A DNA stretch of 64,000 nt from an uncultured Candidatus Saccharibacteria bacterium (GTDB lineage: Bacteria; Patescibacteriota; Minisyncoccia; Phycocordibacterales; Phycocordibacteraceae): the NCBI GenBank assembly GCA_964546795.1, contig CAZJKG010000001.1:61690-125689 (forward strand). Reading direction: 5' to 3'. The notes under the pieces were generated by a model, which was not told where the DNA came from, did not search any database, and saw only the letters and a program-made list of their open reading frames with translations. Below, piece after piece: positions 28,814 to 38,171 of the stretch. Position 1 is the first letter of the stretch. Each line of letters begins with the position of its first letter. The position numbers and the translations under genes are program-made.

Positions 28814-29652
28814 GGTGCATTTGGACTCGCTTGCAGAAGAGTATTGAGAAGCGACGCACCCGTATCGCGCAGAACGACCCAGGTGACCGAAAAGAGGTTG
28901 ATTGCAGGAATGATGCGCAGCGTGACCACGGGCGCGAGAGGGTCGCTGTCGATACGCGTAACCCTTCCTATCGCAAGCGCTCCCGGACCGGGGCCGAAGA
29001 CAGTATCGCCCACGGCAATACCCGCAGAGCGTGCAAGCGATGCTCTCATCACTCCCCCGCCAGAGCCCTCAATGGTGAGTGGAATATTTGAAGATCCGAC
29101 CCAGCCGTGAGTTACCATGCCCGGTGCCGAAAAAAGAGTCGCTTGAGAAAAATCGGCAAAGACCGACGAAACGACACCAATGGGCACTCCGCCCGGACCA
29201 AATACTTCCATACCGAGCGTGACGCCTGTATTCATTCCTTCAGCGAGCATGAGCGTATCGTACGAGCTTTCAGGCGGACGGGCGACGACGCCTGCGAGAA
29301 TCCCGGAAGCGCCATTGCGTTCTTTTGCAGAAGAAGCGGGTAACGTCGCAATGCTTGTCGTCTTCTGGAGAAGTGTACGATTCTCGTTCAAGAGGGCGGC
29401 ATTCTCATGCATGAGTGTTTCGTTCTGCAATGCGAGAGCTGCTGTATCGCCCAAACTGGAGAGAACAAAATGACTCTGTGCCGCAAGAGTATCCGCTACA
29501 CGAAAGATTGGTGTGAGTATAGACCAGAAGAAATTCGGCGCGACCAGGCGCAGGAAAAGCGCTAGAACTGCACCAGTAAGCGCGACAGTACCCCACGAAA
29601 AGCCCGTGGATGAAAGGAGCGCATTACGCTTCACTAAGAATGTCTTCTTCAT
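28810..29652 (-). CDS. mreC: Rod shape-determining protein MreC
   Basis: TM helix, coiled coil, beta-rich domain (VVARPP..YDTL, GV..GM.V); follows mreB. Confidence 0.85.
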   Translation of the reverse strand: MKKTFLVKRNALLSSTGFSWGTVALTGAVLALFLRLVAPNFFWSILTPIFRVADTLAAQSHFVLSSLGDTAALALQNETLMHENAALLNENRTLLQKTTSIATLPASSAKERNGASGILAGVVARPPESSYDTLMLAEGMNTGVTLGMEVFGPGGVPIGVVSSVFADFSQATLFSAPGMVTHGWVGSSNIPLTIEGSGGGVMRASLARSAGIAVGDTVFGPGPGALAIGRVTRIDSDPLAPVVTLRIIPAINLFSVTWVVLRDTGASLLNTLLQASPNAP

Positions 29653-30676
29653 CGATGAAAAAATCTGTGTAAGGCGCAGGATTCTCGGTCACGATGCCCG
29701 CACCGCGCACGACGGCTGAGAGCGGGTCCGGCGCGACTCTGACCGGCACCCCGAGCATTTTCCCGAGTATCTGCGGTAAACCGCGCAAGAGCGCGCCGCC
29801 GCCGAAGACGGTCACGCCGCGCTCGAGGACGTCGGAAAGTAGTTCGGGAGGCGTCGCTTCTATGACTTCTTTCATGGCATCCATGAGCGCATCAAGAGAC
29901 GGCGCGATTGCTTCGCGGATATGCGCGTCGGTAAGCACTATCTCGCGAGGCAGCCCCGTCGCATAATCGCGGCCGCGTACGCTCCGCGAAAGTATCTCGC
30001 TAAGCGGCACGACTGCGCCGATTGTGATCTTGGCATCCTCAGCGGTGCGCTCGCCGATGCCGAGTTTGAACTCGCTACGCACGAAGTCCATAATGTTCTC
30101 GTTGAAACGATCGCCGGCGACATGCGAACTTTTGGCGGCGACAACGCCTTTGAGCGCAATCACGGCGATGTCGGTCGTACCGCCACCAATGTCGAGCACC
30201 ATCGTGCCGACGGCCTCGCTGACCGGCAGTTTCGCGCCTATCGCACCCGCAACGGTTTCCTCGAGGATAATCGCTTCGCGGGCGCCGGCGTTCTTTGCCG
30301 CATCGCGCACCGCACGGCTCTGCACGTTCGTCACGCCGGTCGGCACGCCGATGACGACCCGCGGACCGAACATTCGCGCATGACCGTCCTGCGCTTTATT
30401 GATGAAATACGTGAGCAGTTCCTCGGTTACTTCAAAGTCGGAGATGACGCCGTGGGAAAGTGGACGCACGACGCGAATGTGCGCAGGCGTTTTGCCAAGC
30501 ATGCTTTTCGCTTCCTTCCCCACGGCGACGACCTGATGGGTTTTATCGTTGACCGCCACCACCGAGGGCTCATTAATGACTATACCCTTCCCGCGCACAT
30601 ACACGAGCGTGTTCGCGGTCCCCAGATCGATCGCGATGTCATTACTGAAAAGCAAGTTTTTTGAGAAAAATGCCAT
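29624..30676 (-). CDS. mreB: Rod shape-determining protein MreB (paralog 1)
   Basis: IAIDLGTANT, DIGGGTT, GGGALL. Confidence 0.96.
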   Translation of the reverse strand: MAFFSKNLLFSNDIAIDLGTANTLVYVRGKGIVINEPSVVAVNDKTHQVVAVGKEAKSMLGKTPAHIRVVRPLSHGVISDFEVTEELLTYFINKAQDGHARMFGPRVVIGVPTGVTNVQSRAVRDAAKNAGAREAIILEETVAGAIGAKLPVSEAVGTMVLDIGGGTTDIAVIALKGVVAAKSSHVAGDRFNENIMDFVRSEFKLGIGERTAEDAKITIGAVVPLSEILSRSVRGRDYATGLPREIVLTDAHIREAIAPSLDALMDAMKEVIEATPPELLSDVLERGVTVFGGGALLRGLPQILGKMLGVPVRVAPDPLSAVVRGAGIVTENPAPYTDFFIDEEDILSEA

Positions 30677-30682
30677 ACCGTC

Positions 30683-31927
30683 CTATGCAGCGAGGATTTC
30701 CTCTTTCGTTTTCTCCACGGTTTCACCGGTCACTCGATCAACCACTTCAAACGCACCAGTGGCGACAGTGTCTTTGCCGACCACGATGCGCTTTGGGATA
30801 CCGAGAAGATCGCTTTCCGCGAACTTTTCGCCGGCGCGCGCATCGCGGTCATCATAGAGGACTTCAATACCGGCGCGTACCAAACCCTCATAAAGGACAT
30901 CCGCTGCTTGGGCCACGGTGTCCCCGGGCTTCCCAAGACATACGAGGTGCATTGAAAACGGCGCAACTTCTTCCGGCCATACAAGCCCTTTACTGTCGGA
31001 AAGTGTCTCAACGATGATACCCATGAGCCGTGTCGGGCCGATGCCGTAACTTCCCATGACGACCGGTTTGCGCACGCCCGTCTCGTCCGCATACAGGAGG
31101 CCGAGCTGCTGGGAAAAACGTGTGCCGAGATTGAAAATATTTCCCGCTTCAATGGCGCGTTTCTCGATAAGTTTCTTTCTATCGAGCCCGAGTTTTTTGA
31201 GCGTTTCGTCAGTGCACACCTCCTTGTTGACCGCAATACGCTTTTCTTCGTCAATGAAAATCGTATCTTCTCCCGCCTCAGAAACTGTCTGGAATTCCTC
31301 AGAAAATTCGCTGAATATGCCGCCCGATGCGAATGTGGCATAGGTTCGGTCGCCCACACCTGTGCGTTTAAATACGTTTATGTACGCGGTGCGGACTTTG
31401 TCATACTGCGCCCTATGTTCCGCATCGTCTTTTGAGAAAGAATAGAGGTCTTTCATGAGAAATTCCTTGCCGCGCATGATACCGGACTTCGCGCGCAACT
31501 CATTGCGAAATTTATTCTGGAATTGATATGCATAAACTGGTAAGTCGCGATACGAGGAAATGTGTTCCGTCATGATGCGCGTGAGCGGCTCCTCGTGTGT
31601 GATGGCGAGCCCCGTCTCGCCGCCGCTCTTGAACGTCGTCTTGAACCAATTATCCACTTTATCGTCGTCCCAGCGGTCGGTACGCGACCAAAGCTCTTTG
31701 TCCTGGAGCGCGGTCATGACGATCTCCTGACCGCCGATAGCATTCATCTCTTCGCGAACAATCCCAACGATCTTATTAAGAGTGCGCAGGCCGAGCGGGA
31801 GATACGAATACACCCCCGCCATCTCTTTGTGAACGTAGCCGGCGCGGACCAAGAGTTGCGCGTTCTTCGCGACCTCGTCTGCGGGCGCTTCCCGTCGCGC
31901 CTTGGTGAAAAGCTCCGATTGCCTCAT
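30683..31927 (-). CDS. proS: Proline--tRNA ligase (short form, no editing domain)
   Basis: THEE, FRNELRAKSGIMRGKEF, MGSYGIG, DDRD.RAGEKF. Confidence 0.95.
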   Translation of the reverse strand: MRQSELFTKARREAPADEVAKNAQLLVRAGYVHKEMAGVYSYLPLGLRTLNKIVGIVREEMNAIGGQEIVMTALQDKELWSRTDRWDDDKVDNWFKTTFKSGGETGLAITHEEPLTRIMTEHISSYRDLPVYAYQFQNKFRNELRAKSGIMRGKEFLMKDLYSFSKDDAEHRAQYDKVRTAYINVFKRTGVGDRTYATFASGGIFSEFSEEFQTVSEAGEDTIFIDEEKRIAVNKEVCTDETLKKLGLDRKKLIEKRAIEAGNIFNLGTRFSQQLGLLYADETGVRKPVVMGSYGIGPTRLMGIIVETLSDSKGLVWPEEVAPFSMHLVCLGKPGDTVAQAADVLYEGLVRAGIEVLYDDRDARAGEKFAESDLLGIPKRIVVGKDTVATGAFEVVDRVTGETVEKTKEEILAA

Positions 31928-31973
31928 GCTCTGCAGTATACGCCCACCAAACCGGCTCGGCAAAACAAATTTC

Positions 31974-32021
31974 GCAGCCATCCACAATTTGTCGCTATAG
32001 CGACAAGTTGTGGATGGCTGC
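31974..32021. repeat. 48-bp near-perfect palindrome
   Basis: GCAGCCATCCACAATTTGTCGCTA/TAGCGACAAGTTGTGGATGGCTGC. Confidence 0.8.
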
Positions 32022-32041
32022 CCTTTTGAGTGGATACGCGC

Positions 32042-33148
32042 CTAGTGGACAATCTTGAAGATGTCGTGCGCCGTGACGACGACCATAAGAAGGACAAGAA
32101 AGACGAAGCTGATTGCATTAGCCGCGCGAGTGACGTTTACATCGATGGGGCGGCGGATGACGCTTTCAATGAGCACAAAGAGGAGCCGGCCGCCATCAAG
32201 CGCGGGAATGGGAATGAGATTGATGAGCGCAAGATTGATGGAAATAATCGCCATGATGGAGAGGAGATATTCAAATCCTTGTACCGATGCGGAACCGACG
32301 ACGCCCGCGATGCCGATGGGGCCTGCCACCTGCGAAAGGTCAGCTGAAAATGTGAAGACGCTGTAGAAAAAATGCCAGAGTCCGACTGCGGTGAGTTCGG
32401 TTGCGCTCCAAGTGAGCCGTGTGCCCTCTATAAGAGCCGCGCCGAAAGAGAGCGGTACAACGCCGATGGTAGCCACTTCAACTCCAAGCGCGTAGCGGCT
32501 TGGGTCGGCACTCGCAACGCCCGCTGCGGGCGTTGCGCTAATACTACGAACGTTCTCAGCATGCTTCACCATGAGAATGATTTCATTTCCGCCGCTTTGT
32601 GCAATAAATTCTGAAAAACTTTGAGGGTCCACAGCATGCCAGTCCCCCGCCGCATCATGCGCACTAAGTATTGAGTCGCCCGGTAGAAGTCCTGCAAGAG
32701 CCGCGGGCGAGCCGGGGAGCACGTTCGCGACCGCAAGTTCTGCACTACGAGCGTTTTGAATTTCATCCTGAGACAGCGCACGGGGCGTTCCGATGACGAG
32801 CGCGCCGGTGATAAGCACATAAGCAAAAAGGAGATTCATCGCGACACCGGCAATGAGCACAAACGCCTGAAGGATGCGCGGGCGAGCGGAAAACGAGCGT
32901 GGATCCACCCCTCCGCCTGCCTGCGCAGACAGACCATCCTCGCCGTATATCTTCACGAAACCGCCAAAAGGCAGCCAGTTGAGGGTGTACAGTGTCTCGC
33001 CCTTTTTTGCGATGACGGCCACGCGCGGCGGATAGCCGAGCCCGAATTCATCAACACGCATTCCCGAGAGTTTCGCTGCGACGAAATGTCCCAATTCATG
33101 TACTACGATAAGCGCAACGATAACGACGATAAAAATGAAAATAGTCAC
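32042..33148 (-). CDS. rseP: RIP/M50 site-2 metalloprotease with PDZ domain
   Basis: HELGH, NWLPFGGFV, NLIPIPALDGG; GTG start 7 nt after TGcTATAAT. Confidence 0.94.
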   Translation of the reverse strand: MTIFIFIVVIVALIVVHELGHFVAAKLSGMRVDEFGLGYPPRVAVIAKKGETLYTLNWLPFGGFVKIYGEDGLSAQAGGGVDPRSFSARPRILQAFVLIAGVAMNLLFAYVLITGALVIGTPRALSQDEIQNARSAELAVANVLPGSPAALAGLLPGDSILSAHDAAGDWHAVDPQSFSEFIAQSGGNEIILMVKHAENVRSISATPAAGVASADPSRYALGVEVATIGVVPLSFGAALIEGTRLTWSATELTAVGLWHFFYSVFTFSADLSQVAGPIGIAGVVGSASVQGFEYLLSIMAIISINLALINLIPIPALDGGRLLFVLIESVIRRPIDVNVTRAANAISFVFLVLLMVVVTAHDIFKIVH

Positions 33149-33175
33149 GAAGCGTATTATAGCAGAGCAATGAAT

Positions 33176-33270
33176 CAGGGTATGCTGTTTTGGAACCGCA
33201 TAATTTCCTGCTGAAAATTTGCTCTGGCTCGCGCCGCCGCGCTCCGCACGTTCCAAAACAGCATACCCTG
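33176..33270. repeat. Fold-back intergenic element, perfect 21-bp terminal inverted repeat
   Basis: CAGGGTATGCTGTTTTGGAAC ... GTTCCAAAACAGCATACCCTG. Confidence 0.85.
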
Positions 33271-33285
33271 TATTCGTGCTCTATG

Positions 33286-33837
33286 TTATTGCGCGATCTC
33301 GGTCTCTTTCTTCTCAAGCATTTTCGCGAGAGCATCGTTGCCAGCATCAATGTATTTCTGCGCTTCGGCTTTCAGGCGCATCAGCTCGTCTTTCCCCATG
33401 CCGCCTTCTTTCGCGGACCCATCAAGCGCTTTGAGCGCATCGGTGCGATGCGAGCGCAGCGTCACTTTCGCCTGTTCGGTTTTATCGCCTGCGATCTTTG
33501 AGAGTTGCTCGCGTCGCTCGCTAGTCAGCGCCGGAAAGGTAACGCGCAATCCCTGATCATCAGTCGCGATGCCGATGCCGAGATCAGCGTCGGTAATTCC
33601 CTTCTCTATTGTTTTCAAAAGCGTCATATCCCACGGAATGATGCGTATCGTACGAGCATCTTCAACTGAAACGGACGCAAGTTCGCGGAGCGGCGTGCGT
33701 GTGCCATAGGCCTCGGGCTTCACTGCATCAAGCAAGGTCGGTGTCGCACGGCCGGTACGGACTCCCGAGAGCTCGCGCGAGAGCCATTCCTCGGTCTCTT
33801 TGATACTCGCTTTTAATTTTGAGAAATCGTATGCCAT
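33286..33837 (-). CDS. frr: Ribosome recycling factor
   Basis: VRTGRATP, PWD, PALTSERR, KKETEI. Confidence 0.96.
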   Translation of the reverse strand: MAYDFSKLKASIKETEEWLSRELSGVRTGRATPTLLDAVKPEAYGTRTPLRELASVSVEDARTIRIIPWDMTLLKTIEKGITDADLGIGIATDDQGLRVTFPALTSERREQLSKIAGDKTEQAKVTLRSHRTDALKALDGSAKEGGMGKDELMRLKAEAQKYIDAGNDALAKMLEKKETEIAQ

Positions 33838-33866
33838 AGGATAGGTGATAGGTTGTAGGGAGTAGT

Positions 33867-34553
33867 TTATAGTAAATTCTTTGGTATGACGAGTGAGAGA
33901 TGTTCCAGGATCATGCGCACCGGCGCGCTGCGGTCATAGAGATAATTCCGCAAAATTGCAATGTCTGAAAGAAGGTCGGCGATAGCTCCGCTATCGCCGA
34001 CCTTCTTCAGCCGCCGATAAGCCGCGACCTCTACGCCGTTCATTATCGCTATCGCTTCGTCGCGATGTTCCCGCCGTTCCTCCTCATCCTTCCCTGTCGT
34101 AATCTTTTTAATTATTGCGCTGCGCTTTTCCTTACTCGCTTTCATAAACTCTTCCGCTTCCTCCGGAATGTGGGGCATCGGAAGTCCTACATTGGCGTCG
34201 AGTACGCCCACGCGCGATCGTAGTGTCGGCAAGATTCCTCCGAATGTTGGTATCACGAGAAAAATGTAAGTACCAGAAGGCGGCTCTTCAAAAAGTTTCA
34301 GAAGTGCATTCTGTGCCTCGTGATACGCACGGTTCGCGCTGATAATAAGCACCTTATGCTCACCCCTGAAAGGCGCTCCCGCGGCGAACTCCGTTACTCG
34401 CCGTGCATCTTCAACCGAAAGCAGCCCGTAGCGCAAAACGACGATGTCGGGATTCCCTTTTACTTTCATTTTGAGCTCCCGCTCCGCCCACGCCTGCGCT
34501 ATCTCAATCCCCTTTTCTGCTTCCGCCTCAATAACGAACGCATGATGCCGCAT
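33867..34553 (-). CDS. holB: Divergent DNA polymerase III delta-prime-like protein
   Basis: EAQNALLKLFEEPP, ILPTLRSR. Confidence 0.75.
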   Translation of the reverse strand: MRHHAFVIEAEAEKGIEIAQAWAERELKMKVKGNPDIVVLRYGLLSVEDARRVTEFAAGAPFRGEHKVLIISANRAYHEAQNALLKLFEEPPSGTYIFLVIPTFGGILPTLRSRVGVLDANVGLPMPHIPEEAEEFMKASKEKRSAIIKKITTGKDEEERREHRDEAIAIMNGVEVAAYRRLKKVGDSGAIADLLSDIAILRNYLYDRSAPVRMILEHLSLVIPKNLL

Positions 34554-34681
34554 GTGTCGATTATAGCCCGCATCTGCTAGTTCCAAGCGATATTGACAGA
34601 TTCATATTGGTATGCTAAGGTAGCTATAGAAAAAGAAGTGTGTCTAAATGAGACAGTTAATCCCAGAAAAGGAGGGGCGTA

Positions 34682-35023
34682 ATGAGTATTGGGAAATTAA
34701 TCTTGGCGTTTGGTTGTTCGGCTCTGTTTGGTGGTCTGTTGTTTGGTTGCGATGGAAACACGGATCCGTGGGCGCGAGTTCGTGCCGAACCGACTATCAC
34801 TGATTGGTCACCCGAATCAACCATTACGACCGAGGGAGAGGTCAAGAAAGTGTTAGCGCTCAACGTTGGACGTGTGCTCGTCAAACGCGACGGTCATCGG
34901 GATTTGTTCTCCGTGTTGGTCATTCCCTTTAGGAAAATTCCAGTTGGATCGAAGGTCGAAGTTGTCGTGGTCGAGGATAGGCAGAGCATCGGGACGATCT
35001 CGGTATTCTTTGTCGTAAAGTGA
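34682..35023 (+). CDS. Hypothetical lipoprotein
   Basis: Lipobox-like LFGC; AGGAGG SD; TTGACA-17-TAAGGT promoter at 34593. Confidence 0.65.
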   Translation: MSIGKLILAFGCSALFGGLLFGCDGNTDPWARVRAEPTITDWSPESTITTEGEVKKVLALNVGRVLVKRDGHRDLFSVLVIPFRKIPVGSKVEVVVVEDRQSIGTISVFFVVK

Positions 35024-35158
35024 AGACAAATCTCTGAGGGCTCCTGGCGGAAACGCTTGGGGTCCTCTTCTTTTTTACTACCGAGCGAGAGAGTGGAAAG
35101 AGAGATTCTGAGCTCTCTTTCCCGAACGAGCGAAGGGAGCAAGCCCTGCTCTGAGGGC

Positions 35159-36184
35159 TTATTGCTTCGCTAAAATGCTTTTCTGATACGTATCCAGGTG
35201 CTTCAGCGCGATGCCGGTGCCGCGCGCGACACAGTAGTAGGGGTCTGATGCGATCTTCGCTATCACACCGGTGCGGCGGTACACAAGCTCCGACATTTGT
35301 CGCAATTGCGAGGAACCGCCGGTCAGAATAATGCCGTTATCAATAATATCGGCCGCGAGCTCGGGCGGGGTTTCCTGCAGCACTTTGCGTATCGCTTGCG
35401 TCATCTCGCGCAATTCCCTTCCCATCGCTTGCACCAAGTCATTGGTCGAGAGTTCAATAGTACGTGGCAAGCCGTTCATGAGGTCGCGGCCTTTGACCGC
35501 TAGAGAAAGTTCTTCATTCATCGGCACCGCGGCTCCTATCTTTATCTTCACTTCTTCCGCGGTCTTGTCGCCTATCGCGAGATTGTGCTGTTTCTTCACG
35601 TAGTCAATGACTGCCCTATCCAGGCGGTCGCCCGCACACTTCACGCTCGTAGAGGCGACGATGCCGCCGAGCGATATCACGGCAACGTCTATCGTGCCGC
35701 CGCCGATGTCCACAACCATGCGCCCCATCGGTTCGTGAATGGGAATGCCCGCGCCGATGGCCGCAAGTATCGGCTCCTTCACCACATACGCGTTCTTCGC
35801 ACCGGCCTTCATTGCCGCTTCAATAACCGCGCGTTTCTCGGTGGACGTCACTCCCGCGGGAACTGAGACGAGGACGGTCGGTTTGAACGGATTCCGGCCG
35901 AGCGCTTTTTTCATGAAATAACGCAACATCGCTTCGGTCACGCGATAGTTTGCGATAACGCCATCTTTCATCGGGCGATACGCGATGATGTCGTCCGGTG
36001 TGCGACCGATCATCTGCTTCGCCTCGGTACCGATGGCGAGGATAGAGTTACCGCCTCGTTTGCTGTGCGTTTTGCCTACGGCGACGACCGATGGTTCGTT
36101 CAGAACGACGCCCTTGCCGGGCACAAAGACGAGCACATTGGTGGTGCCGAGGTCAATGCCGAGCTTTGGAGAAAAGAAAGACAT
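35159..36184 (-). CDS. mreB: Rod shape-determining protein MreB/Mbl (paralog 2)
   Basis: LGIDLGTTN, RPMKDGVI, DIGGGT, TGGSSQL. Confidence 0.95.
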   Translation of the reverse strand: MSFFSPKLGIDLGTTNVLVFVPGKGVVLNEPSVVAVGKTHSKRGGNSILAIGTEAKQMIGRTPDDIIAYRPMKDGVIANYRVTEAMLRYFMKKALGRNPFKPTVLVSVPAGVTSTEKRAVIEAAMKAGAKNAYVVKEPILAAIGAGIPIHEPMGRMVVDIGGGTIDVAVISLGGIVASTSVKCAGDRLDRAVIDYVKKQHNLAIGDKTAEEVKIKIGAAVPMNEELSLAVKGRDLMNGLPRTIELSTNDLVQAMGRELREMTQAIRKVLQETPPELAADIIDNGIILTGGSSQLRQMSELVYRRTGVIAKIASDPYYCVARGTGIALKHLDTYQKSILAKQ

Positions 36185-36251
36185 TGTCTATATAGTATCG
36201 CTCTCGGTGCCCTCGTGCAAAGCGTAAGAACAAAATGGTACGATACCCAGA

Positions 36252-37562
36252 ATGCAAGGGGAAATGAATTTCATCGTTGAGGGTGGACGGAAGCTTTCCG
36301 GAAGAGTTGAGACGAGCCGCTCCAAGAATGGTGCGGTTGCCCTTTTGGCCGCCTCGCTTCTAAATCGCGGCCGGACGACCTTGGAGCATGTGCCGAAAAT
36401 CGAAGAAGTGAATCGCCTTATTGAAGTGCTCCGCTCGATTGGCGTCAAAGTTGAATGGCACGGAACGAATGTCGTCATAGAGCCACCGAAAACATTTTCT
36501 CTCAAGACAATCGACCGCGCAGCCGCCGCAAAAACGCGCAGCATTTTGATGTTCATCGGCCCCTTGCTCCACTTTTTTAGAAAATTTGAATTGCCGCAGT
36601 CGGGCGGCTGCACGCTCGGACTTCGCAGCGTGCGTCCGCACCTCATGGCGCTCGAGAAATTCGGTGTCGCGATAGAAACGCTCTCCGACAGGTATCACAT
36701 TGCCCACACCAAACTTACTCCGGCAGAAGTTATTCTCTACGAATCAAGCGATACCGCGACCATAAACGCGCTTCTGGCGGCCGCATGCATCCCGGGCACG
36801 TCCGTCATCAAATACGCTTCGGCGAATTATCAGGTGCAGGAATGTTCTGGTTTTCTGCGCGTCCTCGGCGTTTCCATTGACGGCATTGGTACGACGACGC
36901 TCCGAGTGAAAGGCGTCGGCAATATACGCAAAAATATTTCCTATAGCGTGGCGGAGGACCCGACCGATGCGATGTTCTTTATCGCGGCGGCAGCCGTGAC
37001 CGGCTCCGCCATCACGATTACGGCCGCGCCCATAGAATTTCTCGAAGTAGAACTGTTAATCCTGGGGAAAATGGGCTTGAAATACACATTATCAAAACGG
37101 AGAGTATCGGAAAACGGCATCACAAAACTCGCCGATATTTCTGTAAAACGTTCCACACTCATCGCGTTCCCTGAAAAAATTCATGCGCGGCCCTACCCGG
37201 GTCTTAATATCGATAATCTTCCCTTCTTCGCCGTTATCGCTACGCAGGCGCAGGGCACCACACTCATTCACGATTGGGTATATGAGAAGCGAGCGATTTA
37301 CTATACCGAACTCGATCGGCTCGGCGCCACGACTATTCTCCATGACCCCCACCGTATTTCTATCGAAGGACGGAAAGATCTCAAGGCCGCGGAAGTCATT
37401 TGCCCGCCTGCACTAAGACCCGCGACCATCATCCTCGTCGCGATGCTCGCGGCAAAAGGACGTTCCATGCTGCGTAATGTCTATAGCATTAACCGCGGCT
37501 ACGAGGATATCGTGACCCGCCTCACGCACCTCGGCGCCTCCGTCAAGGTGCATATGGGCTAA
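36252..37562 (+). CDS. murA: UDP-N-acetylglucosamine 1-carboxyvinyltransferase
   Basis: SKNGAVALL, SGGCTLG.R, YPG...D, RGYE. Confidence 0.93.
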   Translation: MQGEMNFIVEGGRKLSGRVETSRSKNGAVALLAASLLNRGRTTLEHVPKIEEVNRLIEVLRSIGVKVEWHGTNVVIEPPKTFSLKTIDRAAAAKTRSILMFIGPLLHFFRKFELPQSGGCTLGLRSVRPHLMALEKFGVAIETLSDRYHIAHTKLTPAEVILYESSDTATINALLAAACIPGTSVIKYASANYQVQECSGFLRVLGVSIDGIGTTTLRVKGVGNIRKNISYSVAEDPTDAMFFIAAAAVTGSAITITAAPIEFLEVELLILGKMGLKYTLSKRRVSENGITKLADISVKRSTLIAFPEKIHARPYPGLNIDNLPFFAVIATQAQGTTLIHDWVYEKRAIYYTELDRLGATTILHDPHRISIEGRKDLKAAEVICPPALRPATIILVAMLAAKGRSMLRNVYSINRGYEDIVTRLTHLGASVKVHMG

Positions 37563-37570
37563 GAGAATGG

Positions 37571-37692
37571 GCGAAGCAGAAAAAGATAGTTGGACTTGGC
37601 CTCTCGAACCGGAGCGACCAATTTTTCTTGCCTGTACTCAGGATTAGAAAAATGGAAGTGCTCTTGTGGTGCGCTAGCTTTTTCTGCTTTGC
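37571..37692 (-). repeat. Structured intergenic repeat family A, copy 2
   Basis: Reverse complement aligns to 3582-3670 with compensatory substitutions; own terminal stem GCGAAGCAGAAAAAG/CTTTTTCTGCTTTGC. Confidence 0.9.
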
Positions 37693-37717
37693 TCGTGAAC
37701 GGCTATACTGTAAAGGT

Positions 37718-38011
37718 ATGAAATCCATCCGTGACATTCTCCCCGATATCAGGAAAAAGGCGGCCGCCGCGCCGAAAGGAAGGAAACGGCAGACGGAACG
37801 CGGCGAGCTGATGCGTTTCTTCCTCCGCCACTTAAATCATTCCCGCGCGCACGATGGTCTCGCGCCCATGACTATGGCGCATCTGGGCACCGTCCTTGAG
37901 AAAATACCCACGCAAGACCTCTACTACCTCAAGAGCGTGTGCAGCCAGGCAAAGAATTTCGGCAAAAAATTCTGGTGGGAATTGGATCCAACAAAACATC
38001 TGTCCCGCTGA
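37718..38011 (+). CDS. Hypothetical protein (97 aa, basic)
   Basis: ATG 8 nt after TATACT; TERGELM.FF...DLYYLKSVC...FWW. Confidence 0.75.
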   Translation: MKSIRDILPDIRKKAAAAPKGRKRQTERGELMRFFLRHLNHSRAHDGLAPMTMAHLGTVLEKIPTQDLYYLKSVCSQAKNFGKKFWWELDPTKHLSR

Positions 38012-38171
38012 TTTTTTGTTATACTGCAGCACCTGCCCGGTAGGACAACATAGCATCATGTCTACACTCCAAAAGTAATTTGTGCGACGCACGATAACGA
38101 TGCATTATGTACGCTATGAACTCATCAAGACGTATGACACGGGAAGTAATGCCATGTTGTACTGACCGGGC

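Noticed and set aside
36050-36083. Possible palindrome-derived insertion (GKTHSKRGG) in mreB paralog 2
   Set aside because: A few extra residues are plausible, but the hairpin is too degenerate to support without an alignment.
29624-36184. Two mreB paralogs and a class I LysRS as novelties
   Set aside because: Both are known features of many bacteria, including this presumed lineage.
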